The position numbers and the translations under genes are program-made. 25,506 nt of DNA, from IMG/VR virus record IMGVR_UViG_3300032047_000116, positions 1 to 25,506 of that record, one strand, 5' to 3'. The DNA comes from a virus. Its lineage: Duplodnaviria > Caudoviricetes. Of this stretch, positions 15,411 through 23,390 are shown piece after piece (the first letter of the stretch is position 1; each line of letters begins with the position of its first letter). The notes under the pieces are model-generated. The model saw nothing but the letters and a program-made list of their open reading frames with translations. It was not told the DNA's origin and searched no databases.

Positions 15411-16711
15411 TTCTCCATCAAGTCACCAATCTGCATGGCATCCGACTGACCAAGCGTCGTGTCTATTCGTGCAAGATACGGAGCGCGCATCTTCTTAGTT
15501 TCCTCATCATACCCAAGAGAGTGGAAGATACCAATCATCCCCTCATCAATATCCATCATACCTTGCGCCTCGTAAAGACGAACCAACTTGTCGGGTATGT
15601 CATCCGCTTTCACATAGGCGTAACCCACAGGGAATGGGTCGAAGCCGTCGAGCGCGGCGAGTTTAATTCGTATGCCTTCGCCTTCACGAAAGCCTCCAAG
15701 TATCAGTAGCGGTATGTCAAATGTTCTTCTCGGCACAATAAATCCTCCAACAGCCCCACTGTGATAGTAGGGTCGTTCACCATCCAAGAGGCGCAAGGTT
15801 TCACCATCCTCTAAATGCTGAACGAGTGCTCTCAAGTGGGCGCGGTCTTCTACCTTCTTAGGATTCGTGGCCCGCGCGGTTCTGTTATCCTTCCATAGAT
15901 TCGGCTCACCCTCACGGTACAGCCATTCTACGATGTTCCCCTGTTCATCCATCTCACACACGCAATCGTCTTCACCCTCAATGAGAGGGGCGCGCGCGAT
16001 ACGAAGTCCTTGACGGTCATACGAGTATAGCCTTCGGCTCCGCCTGTGTACGAAGTAGTTTTTTCCTCGGACGATTTCGTAGTGTGTTTCTTTGAAGGGT
16101 AGTGACCATTTATTCCAGCGAGAATAGTTGGGCGCTTGGAAGGGATAGGTTGGTTGAATGGCATACTCAGTCGGGAGTGTGTTGTTTATGGCGCGTTGGA
16201 TAACTTCGCCCGTCGGCATGAGCGCACGCATTTGTTGAAGATGATTCGTGTCGTAAGGTGTGGTGAGCGCTACGGCTCTCATGATAGGGCGTTTGTTCAA
16301 CGCGCTCCGACCAAAACAGAAACCCCAAAAAAGCATCGCACTCAATTGCGACATTGACTGGAATAGAATGTCAGCGTTCATTTCATTCTTCAAAATCATA
16401 TCCTTGAACTCAATGGCTTGTCGAAGCGTTATTGATTCGGCTACCTCAGCGGGAGATTCGGATGCAAGAAGCGTAGGCATTTCTTGTTCGTCCATGAGCG
16501 CTTCGTATTCTTCGGGGAACAACCCATACGATTCGGCTAACATGGAGACAACATGGTGAGGTTTGATTGAACTTCGTGGACTTGCGCAACACAGTGTGAT
16601 AATATCGTGCGCATCCGATTCGTGTTTCGTGAAAAGGTCGGAGAGTATTTTCGGGTGCTTTGGTTCTGTTTGATGCGCCGCAACAACATTCGCCAAAGCC
16701 TCGAACTTCAC
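15407..16711 (-). CDS. ATP-dependent DNA ligase homolog, apparently catalytically degenerate
   Basis: Archaeal-ligase-like N-terminal DNA-binding domain, IQPTYPFQAP, YFVH...YSYDRQG, FDIPLLILGG, PVG and MRAPYLARID. There is no KxDG motif. Confidence 0.7.
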   Translation of the reverse strand: MKFEALANVVAAHQTEPKHPKILSDLFTKHESDAHDIITLCCASPRSSIKPHHVVSMLAESYGLFPEEYEALMDEQEMPTLLASESPAEVAESITLRQAIEFKDMILKNEMNADILFQSMSQLSAMLFWGFCFGRSALNKRPIMRAVALTTPYDTNHLQQMRALMPTGEVIQRAINNTLPTEYAIQPTYPFQAPNYSRWNKWSLPFKETHYEIVRGKNYFVHRRSRRLYSYDRQGLRIARAPLIEGEDDCVCEMDEQGNIVEWLYREGEPNLWKDNRTARATNPKKVEDRAHLRALVQHLEDGETLRLLDGERPYYHSGAVGGFIVPRRTFDIPLLILGGFREGEGIRIKLAALDGFDPFPVGYAYVKADDIPDKLVRLYEAQGMMDIDEGMIGIFHSLGYDEETKKMRAPYLARIDTTLGQSDAMQIGDLMEK

Positions 16712-17337
16712 TCTTCCTCATCCCCGCGCTCATTCGTGCGGAAGATTAGACCCCTCAAGTGTGGAGGCACTGCACGCCCGTTCCAGTTGGATGGCATGAT
16801 AACGACTGACGCGTCTTCAAGTTCCTTCATCATCGTGCCGCTGTCTGCTATCTCTATGATTTCACCGCGCTCAAGAACATTCATCCCATCCATAGAGAAG
16901 AACAATTCGTCACCGGCAATGAGGTGAAAGTCCATAGGCGCTAACTCCTGCTCGTCATCTTCGTGTTTAACCAGCACGCGCCATTCACCGTTCTCCAACT
17001 CGCGCCATTCAGCATTCTCCAAATCAAAATCAACAAGCGGTATGCCACTCTCTTCGTGTACCCATTGTTTCGCAGTATCTTGCGCGGCTTGCATTGGGTC
17101 ATCGACAACCTCAACTCCATCTGCATTCAGTGTGATTCCGATTTCAAGACACACTTTACCGATGCGCTCAAGAGGAAGGATGGAAGACGGGGTGGCTTTA
17201 GTGATGCGAAAACCATCCTCTTCTTTGACGAGGACTGCATCAGCGATGCCCCATGTATCTCCTACTTGCATTCGTTCGTAGTGGTCTTTCGTCCATTCAA
17301 TGTCTTCTGCCGTAGGCTCCCAACTATCTTCAATCAT
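16708..17337 (-). CDS. Acidic hypothetical protein
   Basis: 209-aa D/E-rich ORF, coupled on both sides. Confidence 0.7.
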   Translation of the reverse strand: MIEDSWEPTAEDIEWTKDHYERMQVGDTWGIADAVLVKEEDGFRITKATPSSILPLERIGKVCLEIGITLNADGVEVVDDPMQAAQDTAKQWVHEESGIPLVDFDLENAEWRELENGEWRVLVKHEDDEQELAPMDFHLIAGDELFFSMDGMNVLERGEIIEIADSGTMMKELEDASVVIMPSNWNGRAVPPHLRGLIFRTNERGDEEE

Positions 17338-17630
17338 ATCTCTTCACCTTTGAACCACCGAAACTTGTTGCAACAACGCGCGGGGATAATGATATACTCT
17401 TTCTTGTCAGTGAATAAAGCGATTTGATGTGGGTCGATTCCTTCACCGCAGGAGCATACGATGGCATCGGAGAGTAGGTGGGACGCATAGTCGAATCCTT
17501 CGATTGAATAGTGAATACCATTGTCGGGATTCCTAATCGTCGCGTTCTTGACAGGTACACCGTCAGCCATCGGATGCTTAAGGAAGCCATCCTCTCCAAA
17601 ATGGCGCGTGCCTAACTGGTAACGGGGCAT
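17334..17630 (-). CDS. Zn-ribbon hypothetical protein
   Basis: CSCG...RCC; GGGGGTGA RBS. Confidence 0.65.
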   Translation of the reverse strand: MPRYQLGTRHFGEDGFLKHPMADGVPVKNATIRNPDNGIHYSIEGFDYASHLLSDAIVCSCGEGIDPHQIALFTDKKEYIIIPARCCNKFRWFKGEEI

Positions 17631-17657
17631 TATTCACCCCCAAGAGGGACAACCTAT

Positions 17658-17858
17658 TTATCCTTGCGGAAAAGCGGCGAGCGCTACATCAAAGGTTTGA
17701 CCCGTAAAATCGCACACAATCTCAATCTTGTGGAAGATACCATGAGTCGCGGTTCTGTAAATCAACATGTCAACAAGCGCGTCGGGATGTCCACCACATG
17801 GACAGTGAGCGTAAGGCACGATGATAACATCAAGCGGTTCTTGAGGCGCGGGCATCAT
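17658..17858 (-). CDS. Small hypothetical protein (Cys/His)
   Basis: HCPCGGH; ATGA overlap with the upstream gene. Confidence 0.55.
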   Translation of the reverse strand: MMPAPQEPLDVIIVPYAHCPCGGHPDALVDMLIYRTATHGIFHKIEIVCDFTGQTFDVALAAFPQG

Positions 17859-18205
17859 TCTTCCTCGTCCTCCTTCTTCTTTCCATTAGGTAAAGCAAGT
17901 TCGGGGTGCAGTCGATTGAAGTTGTTCACGCCGAGCATTGTCGCGTGTGTCATCATTTGAAAGATGTTGTAATCTCTAAATGGATGGAAGGAAGCAAGCG
18001 AGTCTCTATACTCGCGCCTGTCAAGTTCTGCTTTCATCGCACAGACTCTTGTGATTTGCTTGCGTAACGACGCTAAGTGTTTGTGTGCAAGGCTTCTCAG
18101 TATGCGGTCCGGCAAGTCTTCCAGCAGGACAAACCTGCCGTTCTTTAACTGCACAGTGTATGGTGCTGACGGAATGCTCTCTTCCTCTCGGAACTCATCG
18201 CTCAT
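17855..18205 (-). CDS. Hypothetical protein
   Basis: 116-aa ORF with an AGGTGG RBS, ending ...EDEEE*. Confidence 0.65.
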   Translation of the reverse strand: MSDEFREEESIPSAPYTVQLKNGRFVLLEDLPDRILRSLAHKHLASLRKQITRVCAMKAELDRREYRDSLASFHPFRDYNIFQMMTHATMLGVNNFNRLHPELALPNGKKKEDEEE

Positions 18206-18338
18206 CTCTAACCACCTGCATAGTTCCTGTGCATTTCTCAGTCGCGTGTCCTACAATCAACTTGCATTTACCCGCGCTTCTCATTCTTTGGCTTCCGCAT
18301 TTGCGGCATCTTCTCATCTTTCTTTTTCCGTGTGTCAT
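18195..18338 (-). CDS. 47-aa basic Zn-ribbon microprotein (not in ORF track)
   Basis: MTHGKRKMRRCRKCGSQRMRSAGKCKLIVGHATEKCTGTMQVVRDER*. ATGA overlap with the helicase stop; AGGTG RBS. Confidence 0.7.
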   Translation of the reverse strand: MTHGKRKMRRCRKCGSQRMRSAGKCKLIVGHATEKCTGTMQVVRDER

Positions 18339-20314
18339 AGTAATGCACCTTTTCCTTTCTTCAATTTAGTCAGTAATGCTTTGCCAATTGCTTCACGCGT
18401 CTTGCCGGTTTCACCGTCAAGGATACGCTCAACGAGGTCTGCTTTGTCAGCAACCACTTGGTCAAACATTGAATCAATGGTGTCCTTAGCGGACAGTACC
18501 ACCTTGTGACAGGTAGATTCTTCTTGTGTCATACGGCGAACGCGCGCCGCCGCTTGCTGTTCCCATGCTGGAACCCACTCACGCTCAACGAAGAGTGCAG
18601 TGTTGGCGCGGTCAAGGTTGACTCCTTCACGCATGGCGTTGGTGGAACAAACAAGGAAGTCCGAACCACCTGCTTGGAACTCTTCAATGATAATTTCTCT
18701 TTCATTGGATGGTGTTTGACCTGTGATACATCGGACGACGAATGCTTCATTGTGTGACATCAGTAAGCGTTCAGTCAATTCATCAATCACATCTAAGTGA
18801 TGCGCAAAAATAACGAGCGGCTTGTCATTCTCAAGGAAGTAAGTTGTTGCCCACTTAACAGCCGCCTCCACTTTGTGAAGACCTGCTTCGTGCCGCAACT
18901 CAGTCATCATGTTGAGTGTGAAGCCCGCGTCGGTGGAACCAAAGTTCTGTTGCTGGTCAACCCATGATTGCATCCAAGAGTTGTGCGTGTTCTTGTAAGC
19001 AGTCGTCTGCTTATCAGTCAGTTCGACGGGGATGATGCTTTCAACAAGCGAAGGCATTTCACCTGCGATACGCGGGTCGTCCATAGAGCGACGCAACATG
19101 AAGTCACGCAAGATGTGGTTGAGGGGTGTCGTTTGTCCGTCCCATGATTTGTCAATGTTGGATGAGCCACTCATATCCCATCCGAACTCAGTCTTGCGCG
19201 CATTACAATACTTCTTTGCGAAGACGAAAGAGTTGCTGAATGTCGCGGGCATCATCAAGTTGAGGGTGGGGAAGAACTCCATAGGGCGGTTCGTGATTGG
19301 CGTACCCGAAAGCGCAATGATACCGTCAATGTTCTTGGCGATGTAAAGCGCGGCTTTCGTGGTGGCCGTCTTTGGATTCTTGATGCGGTGAACCTCATCA
19401 AAAATAATGCAGTCATAGCCGATAGCGCGCAGGTGTTCTTTGCGAGCATCCAAAATGTCGTAGTTGATAATGTGGAAACGAGCAGGACGAATCTCGCCCT
19501 TCTCTCCACTGATGATTTCTCGGTCTTGAACTGCAAGGTGAACCCACTTCTCAATCTCCTTAGCCCAATTGTGCTTGACAATCGCAGGGCAAACAATCAA
19601 GACGCGTTCGTACCGAGCCAATTCAACACAACCGAGGGCTTGAAGTGACTTACCAAGACCCATCTCATCAGCGATGAGAATGCGCTCGCGTCCTCCTGTC
19701 ATATACATAACAGGAGCGATGCGCTGGTAGGGTCGCATTGATGTGAACGGTTCTTCATCGGGCAGTTCAATGTCAGTCTCCACCGCGCTTGATAGTTCCA
19801 CTCGTTGGAGCGTTGCTTCATGCGATGCTTTGACTTGTGGGTTGTCTTCGATTGCATCAGCCAATGCCTCAAAGAGAGGTCGGACGGCTGTTGATACAGC
19901 CATAGCAACACCGATAGGTATCACCCATGACTTAGAAGCATTGACCCACTTGGCTGAACCTGCGGCGGCAGACTTCATAGCCGCGTTGATTTCCTTCCAG
20001 TTGGGTTGGAAGTCCCATTTCATGATGAGATTGTCGGGAGCAGTGTATGTGACAGTAGCGTTGGAAGAAACCTCAATAGCAGTCTCATCGTATTCTAACC
20101 CATCCACTGTAATGTCATGGTCAGCGAGGAAAGCGAGAGCCTTCTCAATCACATCAGCGCGGTCTTGGATAGCCCAAAGACCCATGCCTCCGTTCCAAAC
20201 CATTTGAGGGAACGGTAGCGCGGCCTTCATCTCATCCTTCAAATTGAATGGGACTTTCTTGAGTGCGACTCGCGCACCGTAGTTGTCTGTGTATCGTTCG
20301 TATGTCATGTTCAT
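18335..20314 (-). CDS. SNF2-family helicase/translocase (SMARCAL1/HARP-like)
   Basis: RPYQ, ADEMGLGKS, IVCPA, DEVH, LSGTPITN, FMLRR, EGVNL and QAAARVRR. The N-terminus has two HARP-like repeats (WNGGMGLW, WVNASKSW). Confidence 0.92.
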   Translation of the reverse strand: MNMTYERYTDNYGARVALKKVPFNLKDEMKAALPFPQMVWNGGMGLWAIQDRADVIEKALAFLADHDITVDGLEYDETAIEVSSNATVTYTAPDNLIMKWDFQPNWKEINAAMKSAAAGSAKWVNASKSWVIPIGVAMAVSTAVRPLFEALADAIEDNPQVKASHEATLQRVELSSAVETDIELPDEEPFTSMRPYQRIAPVMYMTGGRERILIADEMGLGKSLQALGCVELARYERVLIVCPAIVKHNWAKEIEKWVHLAVQDREIISGEKGEIRPARFHIINYDILDARKEHLRAIGYDCIIFDEVHRIKNPKTATTKAALYIAKNIDGIIALSGTPITNRPMEFFPTLNLMMPATFSNSFVFAKKYCNARKTEFGWDMSGSSNIDKSWDGQTTPLNHILRDFMLRRSMDDPRIAGEMPSLVESIIPVELTDKQTTAYKNTHNSWMQSWVDQQQNFGSTDAGFTLNMMTELRHEAGLHKVEAAVKWATTYFLENDKPLVIFAHHLDVIDELTERLLMSHNEAFVVRCITGQTPSNEREIIIEEFQAGGSDFLVCSTNAMREGVNLDRANTALFVEREWVPAWEQQAAARVRRMTQEESTCHKVVLSAKDTIDSMFDQVVADKADLVERILDGETGKTREAIGKALLTKLKKGKGALL

Positions 20315-20636
20315 TCTTCTTCACCTCGTTCCTTCATCCACGCTTCGTAGCCGATGAGTTCTGCGGTATCCCATCCTTCGGTGAGTAATCGGTCTGCCTC
20401 CCTCTTGCTAATGCCTGTGTTTTGCCACACTTCGGGATAGTAATCGGTCTTCACCCAAAGCGTGCCTGTCCCTCGGTCAGTATCGTAGGCCATGTGGTTG
20501 TCCGTCCAGCCGTGTTGCTTGAAGAAAGCCTCGGCCATCTCATCCCACGCATCAGCAGTTCGCTCAATTCGTTCTTCTTCCAGTTTCATGTATTCTTCGT
20601 ATCGTTCGTATGTCATGTTCATTCTTCTTCACCTCG
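20291..20636. repeat. 38-bp exact direct repeat flanking one small gene
   Basis: gtatcgttcgtatgtcatgttcattcttcttcacctcg at 20291-20328 and 20599-20636. Confidence 0.92.
20311..20622 (-). CDS. Hypothetical protein (cassette gene MNMTYERY...RGEEE)
   Basis: 103 aa; shares its first 8 codons with the SNF2 gene. Confidence 0.7.
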   Translation of the reverse strand: MNMTYERYEEYMKLEEERIERTADAWDEMAEAFFKQHGWTDNHMAYDTDRGTGTLWVKTDYYPEVWQNTGISKREADRLLTEGWDTAELIGYEAWMKERGEEE

Positions 20637-21146
20637 GTCACCGTAGATGTTCTTAGGGTCAACATCTCCCCAAGTCAAATGCTTGCGCGTCTGTTCGTAA
20701 TAAGCGCGGTTGGACTTAATCACACTTGAGTCGGATACTGACAAGGGGACAAGCGCGTCACCGTCAATGTAAAAGTTACCGAACAAGGTTGACTGTCCAA
20801 CCATCTCGTTTGAGAGAGCGCAACGACTGTCAATGATTGAGGCAACCTCGTTCAGTTGCTTCATGAGTTCGGGGTACTGTTTCATCTCAGCGTCTTTACC
20901 CCACTTGATAGCGGCGGCGCGAGTGTTTCGGAACAACCAGCGAGCATTCTCGCGGGACACAACAGCCCAACGAATCATCGGATGACCATCAAGCGGCTCG
21001 AAGGGGAGGTCGTCAATGACCCCACCTTGCTCTTTGATAGCAGAGACGATGATTCGCGCACCGTCAAATGCGGCAGACTCACAGTCAAGCCAACACATCA
21101 TGTCGGCAGAGCGAACAGGGTTCTCATCAAGGACAAAGAAACTCAT
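20619..21146 (-). CDS. Degenerate paralog of the pyrimidine-dimer DNA glycosylase-like protein
   Basis: MSFFVLDENPVRSADMMC, GHPMIRW, ENARWL and RAYY mirror 22585-23118. Likely ATG at 21146. Confidence 0.65.
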   Translation of the reverse strand: MSFFVLDENPVRSADMMCWLDCESAAFDGARIIVSAIKEQGGVIDDLPFEPLDGHPMIRWAVVSRENARWLFRNTRAAAIKWGKDAEMKQYPELMKQLNEVASIIDSRCALSNEMVGQSTLFGNFYIDGDALVPLSVSDSSVIKSNRAYYEQTRKHLTWGDVDPKNIYGDRGEEE

Positions 21147-21313
21147 ACTCCCCCCTCCAATCGAAACCAACCTTCGCTGATGTGCAAGTCAAGTCGTTCC
21201 TCCGTCATAAACCACCAAGACATAGCGGGAGGCCATACATTAGAACACTCGGATTCAATCATGTATTCATCGTCGCCTGTGATGATAATTTGCTTGATAA
21301 TTTCATAACTCAT
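21143..21313 (-). CDS. 56-aa hypothetical protein (not in ORF track)
   Basis: MSYEIIKQIIITGDDEYMIESECSNVWPPAMSWWFMTEERLDLHISEGWFRLEGGV*. ATGA overlaps at both ends. Confidence 0.7.
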   Translation of the reverse strand: MSYEIIKQIIITGDDEYMIESECSNVWPPAMSWWFMTEERLDLHISEGWFRLEGGV

Positions 21314-21633
21314 TCTTCTTCACCTCCGTTAAGAAAGTCTTGAACAGTCATGTCCTTGTTGTTGTCGGTGATGCAAAGCGGGGTAATGATAGCGTTCTGT
21401 TTGCTTGTTCGTGCAATCTCATAGAACGCGTTGCAGTGCATACACTGAATCCGCATGTGGTCAACCTGTGTTTGGCTCGCACCGCTTGTTTTTTCAACAA
21501 TCCAAGAGTGACCCGACTCAGCACAGTGGTTAAGGTCTTGCAGTTTGTGGACGCGCTCAACCATCATCTCGGCTTGCACCGCCATTTGCGCTTGCTGGAT
21601 ACGCATCTTTTCCAATGCTTCTTCGGGACTCAT
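21310..21633 (-). CDS. Hypothetical protein with coiled coil and Zn ribbon
   Basis: CAESGHSW...CMHC; ends GGEEE*. Confidence 0.65.
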   Translation of the reverse strand: MSPEEALEKMRIQQAQMAVQAEMMVERVHKLQDLNHCAESGHSWIVEKTSGASQTQVDHMRIQCMHCNAFYEIARTSKQNAIITPLCITDNNKDMTVQDFLNGGEEE

Positions 21634-21869
21634 TCAATCACTCCCATGTATTCCTTGAACAGTTCGTAGTGTTCGTTGCGACCTGCTTCACCAAGTCCGT
21701 CCCATACGGACTGAATGAAATCACGCAAACGCTCAACTTCTTCAAGGAGAAGTGGTGCGTCTGCTATGAGTTCTTCATCAGCCGTGTTGTACGGTATGCT
21801 TCCGTCGCGGATTGATGTCACCGACCAATGGCCGGGTGTGCGTCCTTCGTATTTGTCTGTGTCAATCAT
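21630..21869 (-). CDS. MIDTD-family small protein (ADEELIADAPLLLEEVERLR motif)
   Basis: 79 aa; starts MIDTDKYEGRTP and ends MGVIE*. Confidence 0.7.
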   Translation of the reverse strand: MIDTDKYEGRTPGHWSVTSIRDGSIPYNTADEELIADAPLLLEEVERLRDFIQSVWDGLGEAGRNEHYELFKEYMGVIE

Positions 21870-22055
21870 TCAATCACCTCATATCCAACAATAAACCATG
21901 CGCTGTTGAGTATAGCGTTCTGCCATTCCCCGCATGACTGGCATGAGTAATCAGCATTTATTTTTGAAAGTGTGAGGTTGCCTCCATTCTCTCCGCAAAA
22001 GCAACAAGGTGGTGTGCGTCCTTCGTATTTGTCTGTGTCAATCATTCAATCACCT
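21835..22055. repeat. 45-bp exact direct repeat flanking one small gene
   Basis: ggtgtgcgtccttcgtatttgtctgtgtcaatcattcaatcacct at 21835-21879 and 22011-22055. Confidence 0.92.
21866..22045 (-). CDS. 59-aa MIDTD-family Zn-finger microprotein (not in ORF track)
   Basis: MIDTDKYEGRTPPCCFCGENGGNLTLSKINADYSCQSCGEWQNAILNSAWFIVGYEVIE*. Confidence 0.75.
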   Translation of the reverse strand: MIDTDKYEGRTPPCCFCGENGGNLTLSKINADYSCQSCGEWQNAILNSAWFIVGYEVIE

Positions 22056-22266
22056 TACCTTCTTCATCTTTGTATAGTCTAAGCGTTCCAATGTATTCGC
22101 ATCCTTCAAGGCGCATCGTTACACAATAACCTTCATCACGACTTCCCTCATCAATGCTCAACAGTTCACGCAACCGCTCGACTTCTGCGAGTGATTCGTT
22201 GTATGCTTCAAGTAGTTCCACCAAATCTCTTCGGCTCATGTTGTCTAAATCGTCTGTGTCAATCAT
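22042..22266 (-). CDS. MIDTD-family small protein
   Basis: MIDTDD...LAEVERLRE...GKVIE*. Confidence 0.7.
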   Translation of the reverse strand: MIDTDDLDNMSRRDLVELLEAYNESLAEVERLRELLSIDEGSRDEGYCVTMRLEGCEYIGTLRLYKDEEGKVIE

Positions 22267-22433
22267 TCTTCCTCATCCTCCATGCGAGTGATTTCAATCT
22301 CATAGACTTCGTAGTCCATCATGGGAGCAGAATCATCATGCGCCCATGCGTCCTTCTCCGCTTCTGCATCATTGTCAGCATACACAACGAAAGTGTATTT
22401 GACTGTCTTCACAACTTCGTATTCTTTGCTCAT
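22263..22433 (-). CDS. 56-aa acidic hypothetical protein (not in ORF track)
   Basis: MSKEYEVVKTVKYTFVVYADNDAEAEKDAWAHDDSAPMMDYEVYEIEITRMEDEEE*. ATGA overlaps at both ends. Confidence 0.75.
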   Translation of the reverse strand: MSKEYEVVKTVKYTFVVYADNDAEAEKDAWAHDDSAPMMDYEVYEIEITRMEDEEE

Positions 22434-22588
22434 TCAATCACCCCCATCAATCGCGCGACTTGGTTTAAGTATCCAGCACCGCTTGTATTAGCGCGGTCAC
22501 TGAATGCTTCTTCAAGCAACTCCATCAGTTGTTCGTGTTTCATTCTTAGTTGGGCTTCGTTCATGTTTGTTTGTCGGGTCATTTTCAT
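22430..22588 (-). CDS. Small hypothetical protein ending MGVIE
   Basis: Likely ATG at 22588 (MKMTRQ), overlapping the upstream stop, with a GGAGG RBS. Confidence 0.65.
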   Translation of the reverse strand: MKMTRQTNMNEAQLRMKHEQLMELLEEAFSDRANTSGAGYLNQVARLMGVIE

Positions 22589-23118
22589 TCCTCCATTTGT
22601 TCCCACCATTGAGGCGCGGGAGTACCTTTGTTCCACGACGCAAAGCGTCGCTTGTCTTGTGAGTAGTATGTCCGATACGCTTCTACGGTAGTGTAGCGCG
22701 AAGTATCGTAAAGGTGCGGGTATCGTTCTTTATTGAAAGCGCGAGCGAAAGCAGTGCGTACTCCCATAGGTAACAGGCGAAGCGCGTCGTTGCTGACCAT
22801 CTTGAGAATCTTGACTTCGCAAGCATGTTCGCGTGAGAATCTCAATCTGTATTCCGTACACAACTGATAGGCGTGGTTGTAAAGCCACATGTAGTTGTTG
22901 ATGTTGATAGAAGTCCATACCGTACATGGGTGATGTTGATAGCCCCCTCGGTACGGACGGCCATTGGCATTGAGTGGCATGAGTTCATCACCCGCTCCGT
23001 GTTTGCGAAGCGCACTCGCCATCATCTGCGCGCTCTCGACTATCATTTTTGGTATGTGTTTGTCGCACATCATTCGCGCGGCAAGGATAGGGTCTTCGTC
23101 CAATACGAATATGTTCAT
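22585..23118 (-). CDS. Pyrimidine-dimer DNA glycosylase/endonuclease V (DenV)-like protein
   Basis: MNIFVLD..P...A...CDKHIPKMIVESAQM, HHPCTVW, NYMWL, EYRLRF..EHAC and VEAYRTYY motifs. Confidence 0.75.
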   Translation of the reverse strand: MNIFVLDEDPILAARMMCDKHIPKMIVESAQMMASALRKHGAGDELMPLNANGRPYRGGYQHHPCTVWTSININNYMWLYNHAYQLCTEYRLRFSREHACEVKILKMVSNDALRLLPMGVRTAFARAFNKERYPHLYDTSRYTTVEAYRTYYSQDKRRFASWNKGTPAPQWWEQMEE

Positions 23119-23390
23119 TGAATGCGCCTCCACAGTTGTTCCTTTGCGTCGGGACCTTTCCTAACAAGGGTTGACTTCGTGAAGTTGGGGCTGACCCTCA
23201 AGATGTAAGAGAGGACTTGGGTGTTCGGCAGTTCCTTGTGATGGAAAGGACGGTTGCGTTTGATATACAATTCCGGTGTGTAGTCGCGCAACGCCAATCG
23301 TATCGAGTGGCAACTATGTTCTTCTCCTACGGGGACAATCTTGCAGATGTAATCATGGTATCGTCGGTGTGCGGGTTTCATTGGTTTCAT
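23115..23390 (-). CDS. Small winged-helix-like protein (resembles 4639-4887)
   Basis: PNTQVLSYILRVSPNF...LWRR is similar to PSMPSLGNLLSRSKEF...VWRL. Confidence 0.55.
   Translation of the reverse strand: MKPMKPAHRRYHDYICKIVPVGEEHSCHSIRLALRDYTPELYIKRNRPFHHKELPNTQVLSYILRVSPNFTKSTLVRKGPDAKEQLWRRIQ

Noticed and set aside
15407-16711. Calling the ligase homolog a pseudogene
   Set aside because: There are no frameshifts or internal stops, the domain layout is complete, and coupling is intact at both ends.
20291-22055. Diversity-generating retroelement or classical integron
   Set aside because: No reverse transcriptase or tyrosine integrase is present in the window. The repeats are exact with no adenine-specific mismatches, and there are no attC-like hairpins.
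21835-22270. CRISPR array formed by the 45-bp repeats
   Set aside because: There are only two full copies, the intervening sequences are whole ORFs rather than 30-40-bp spacers, and the repeats are coding and non-palindromic.
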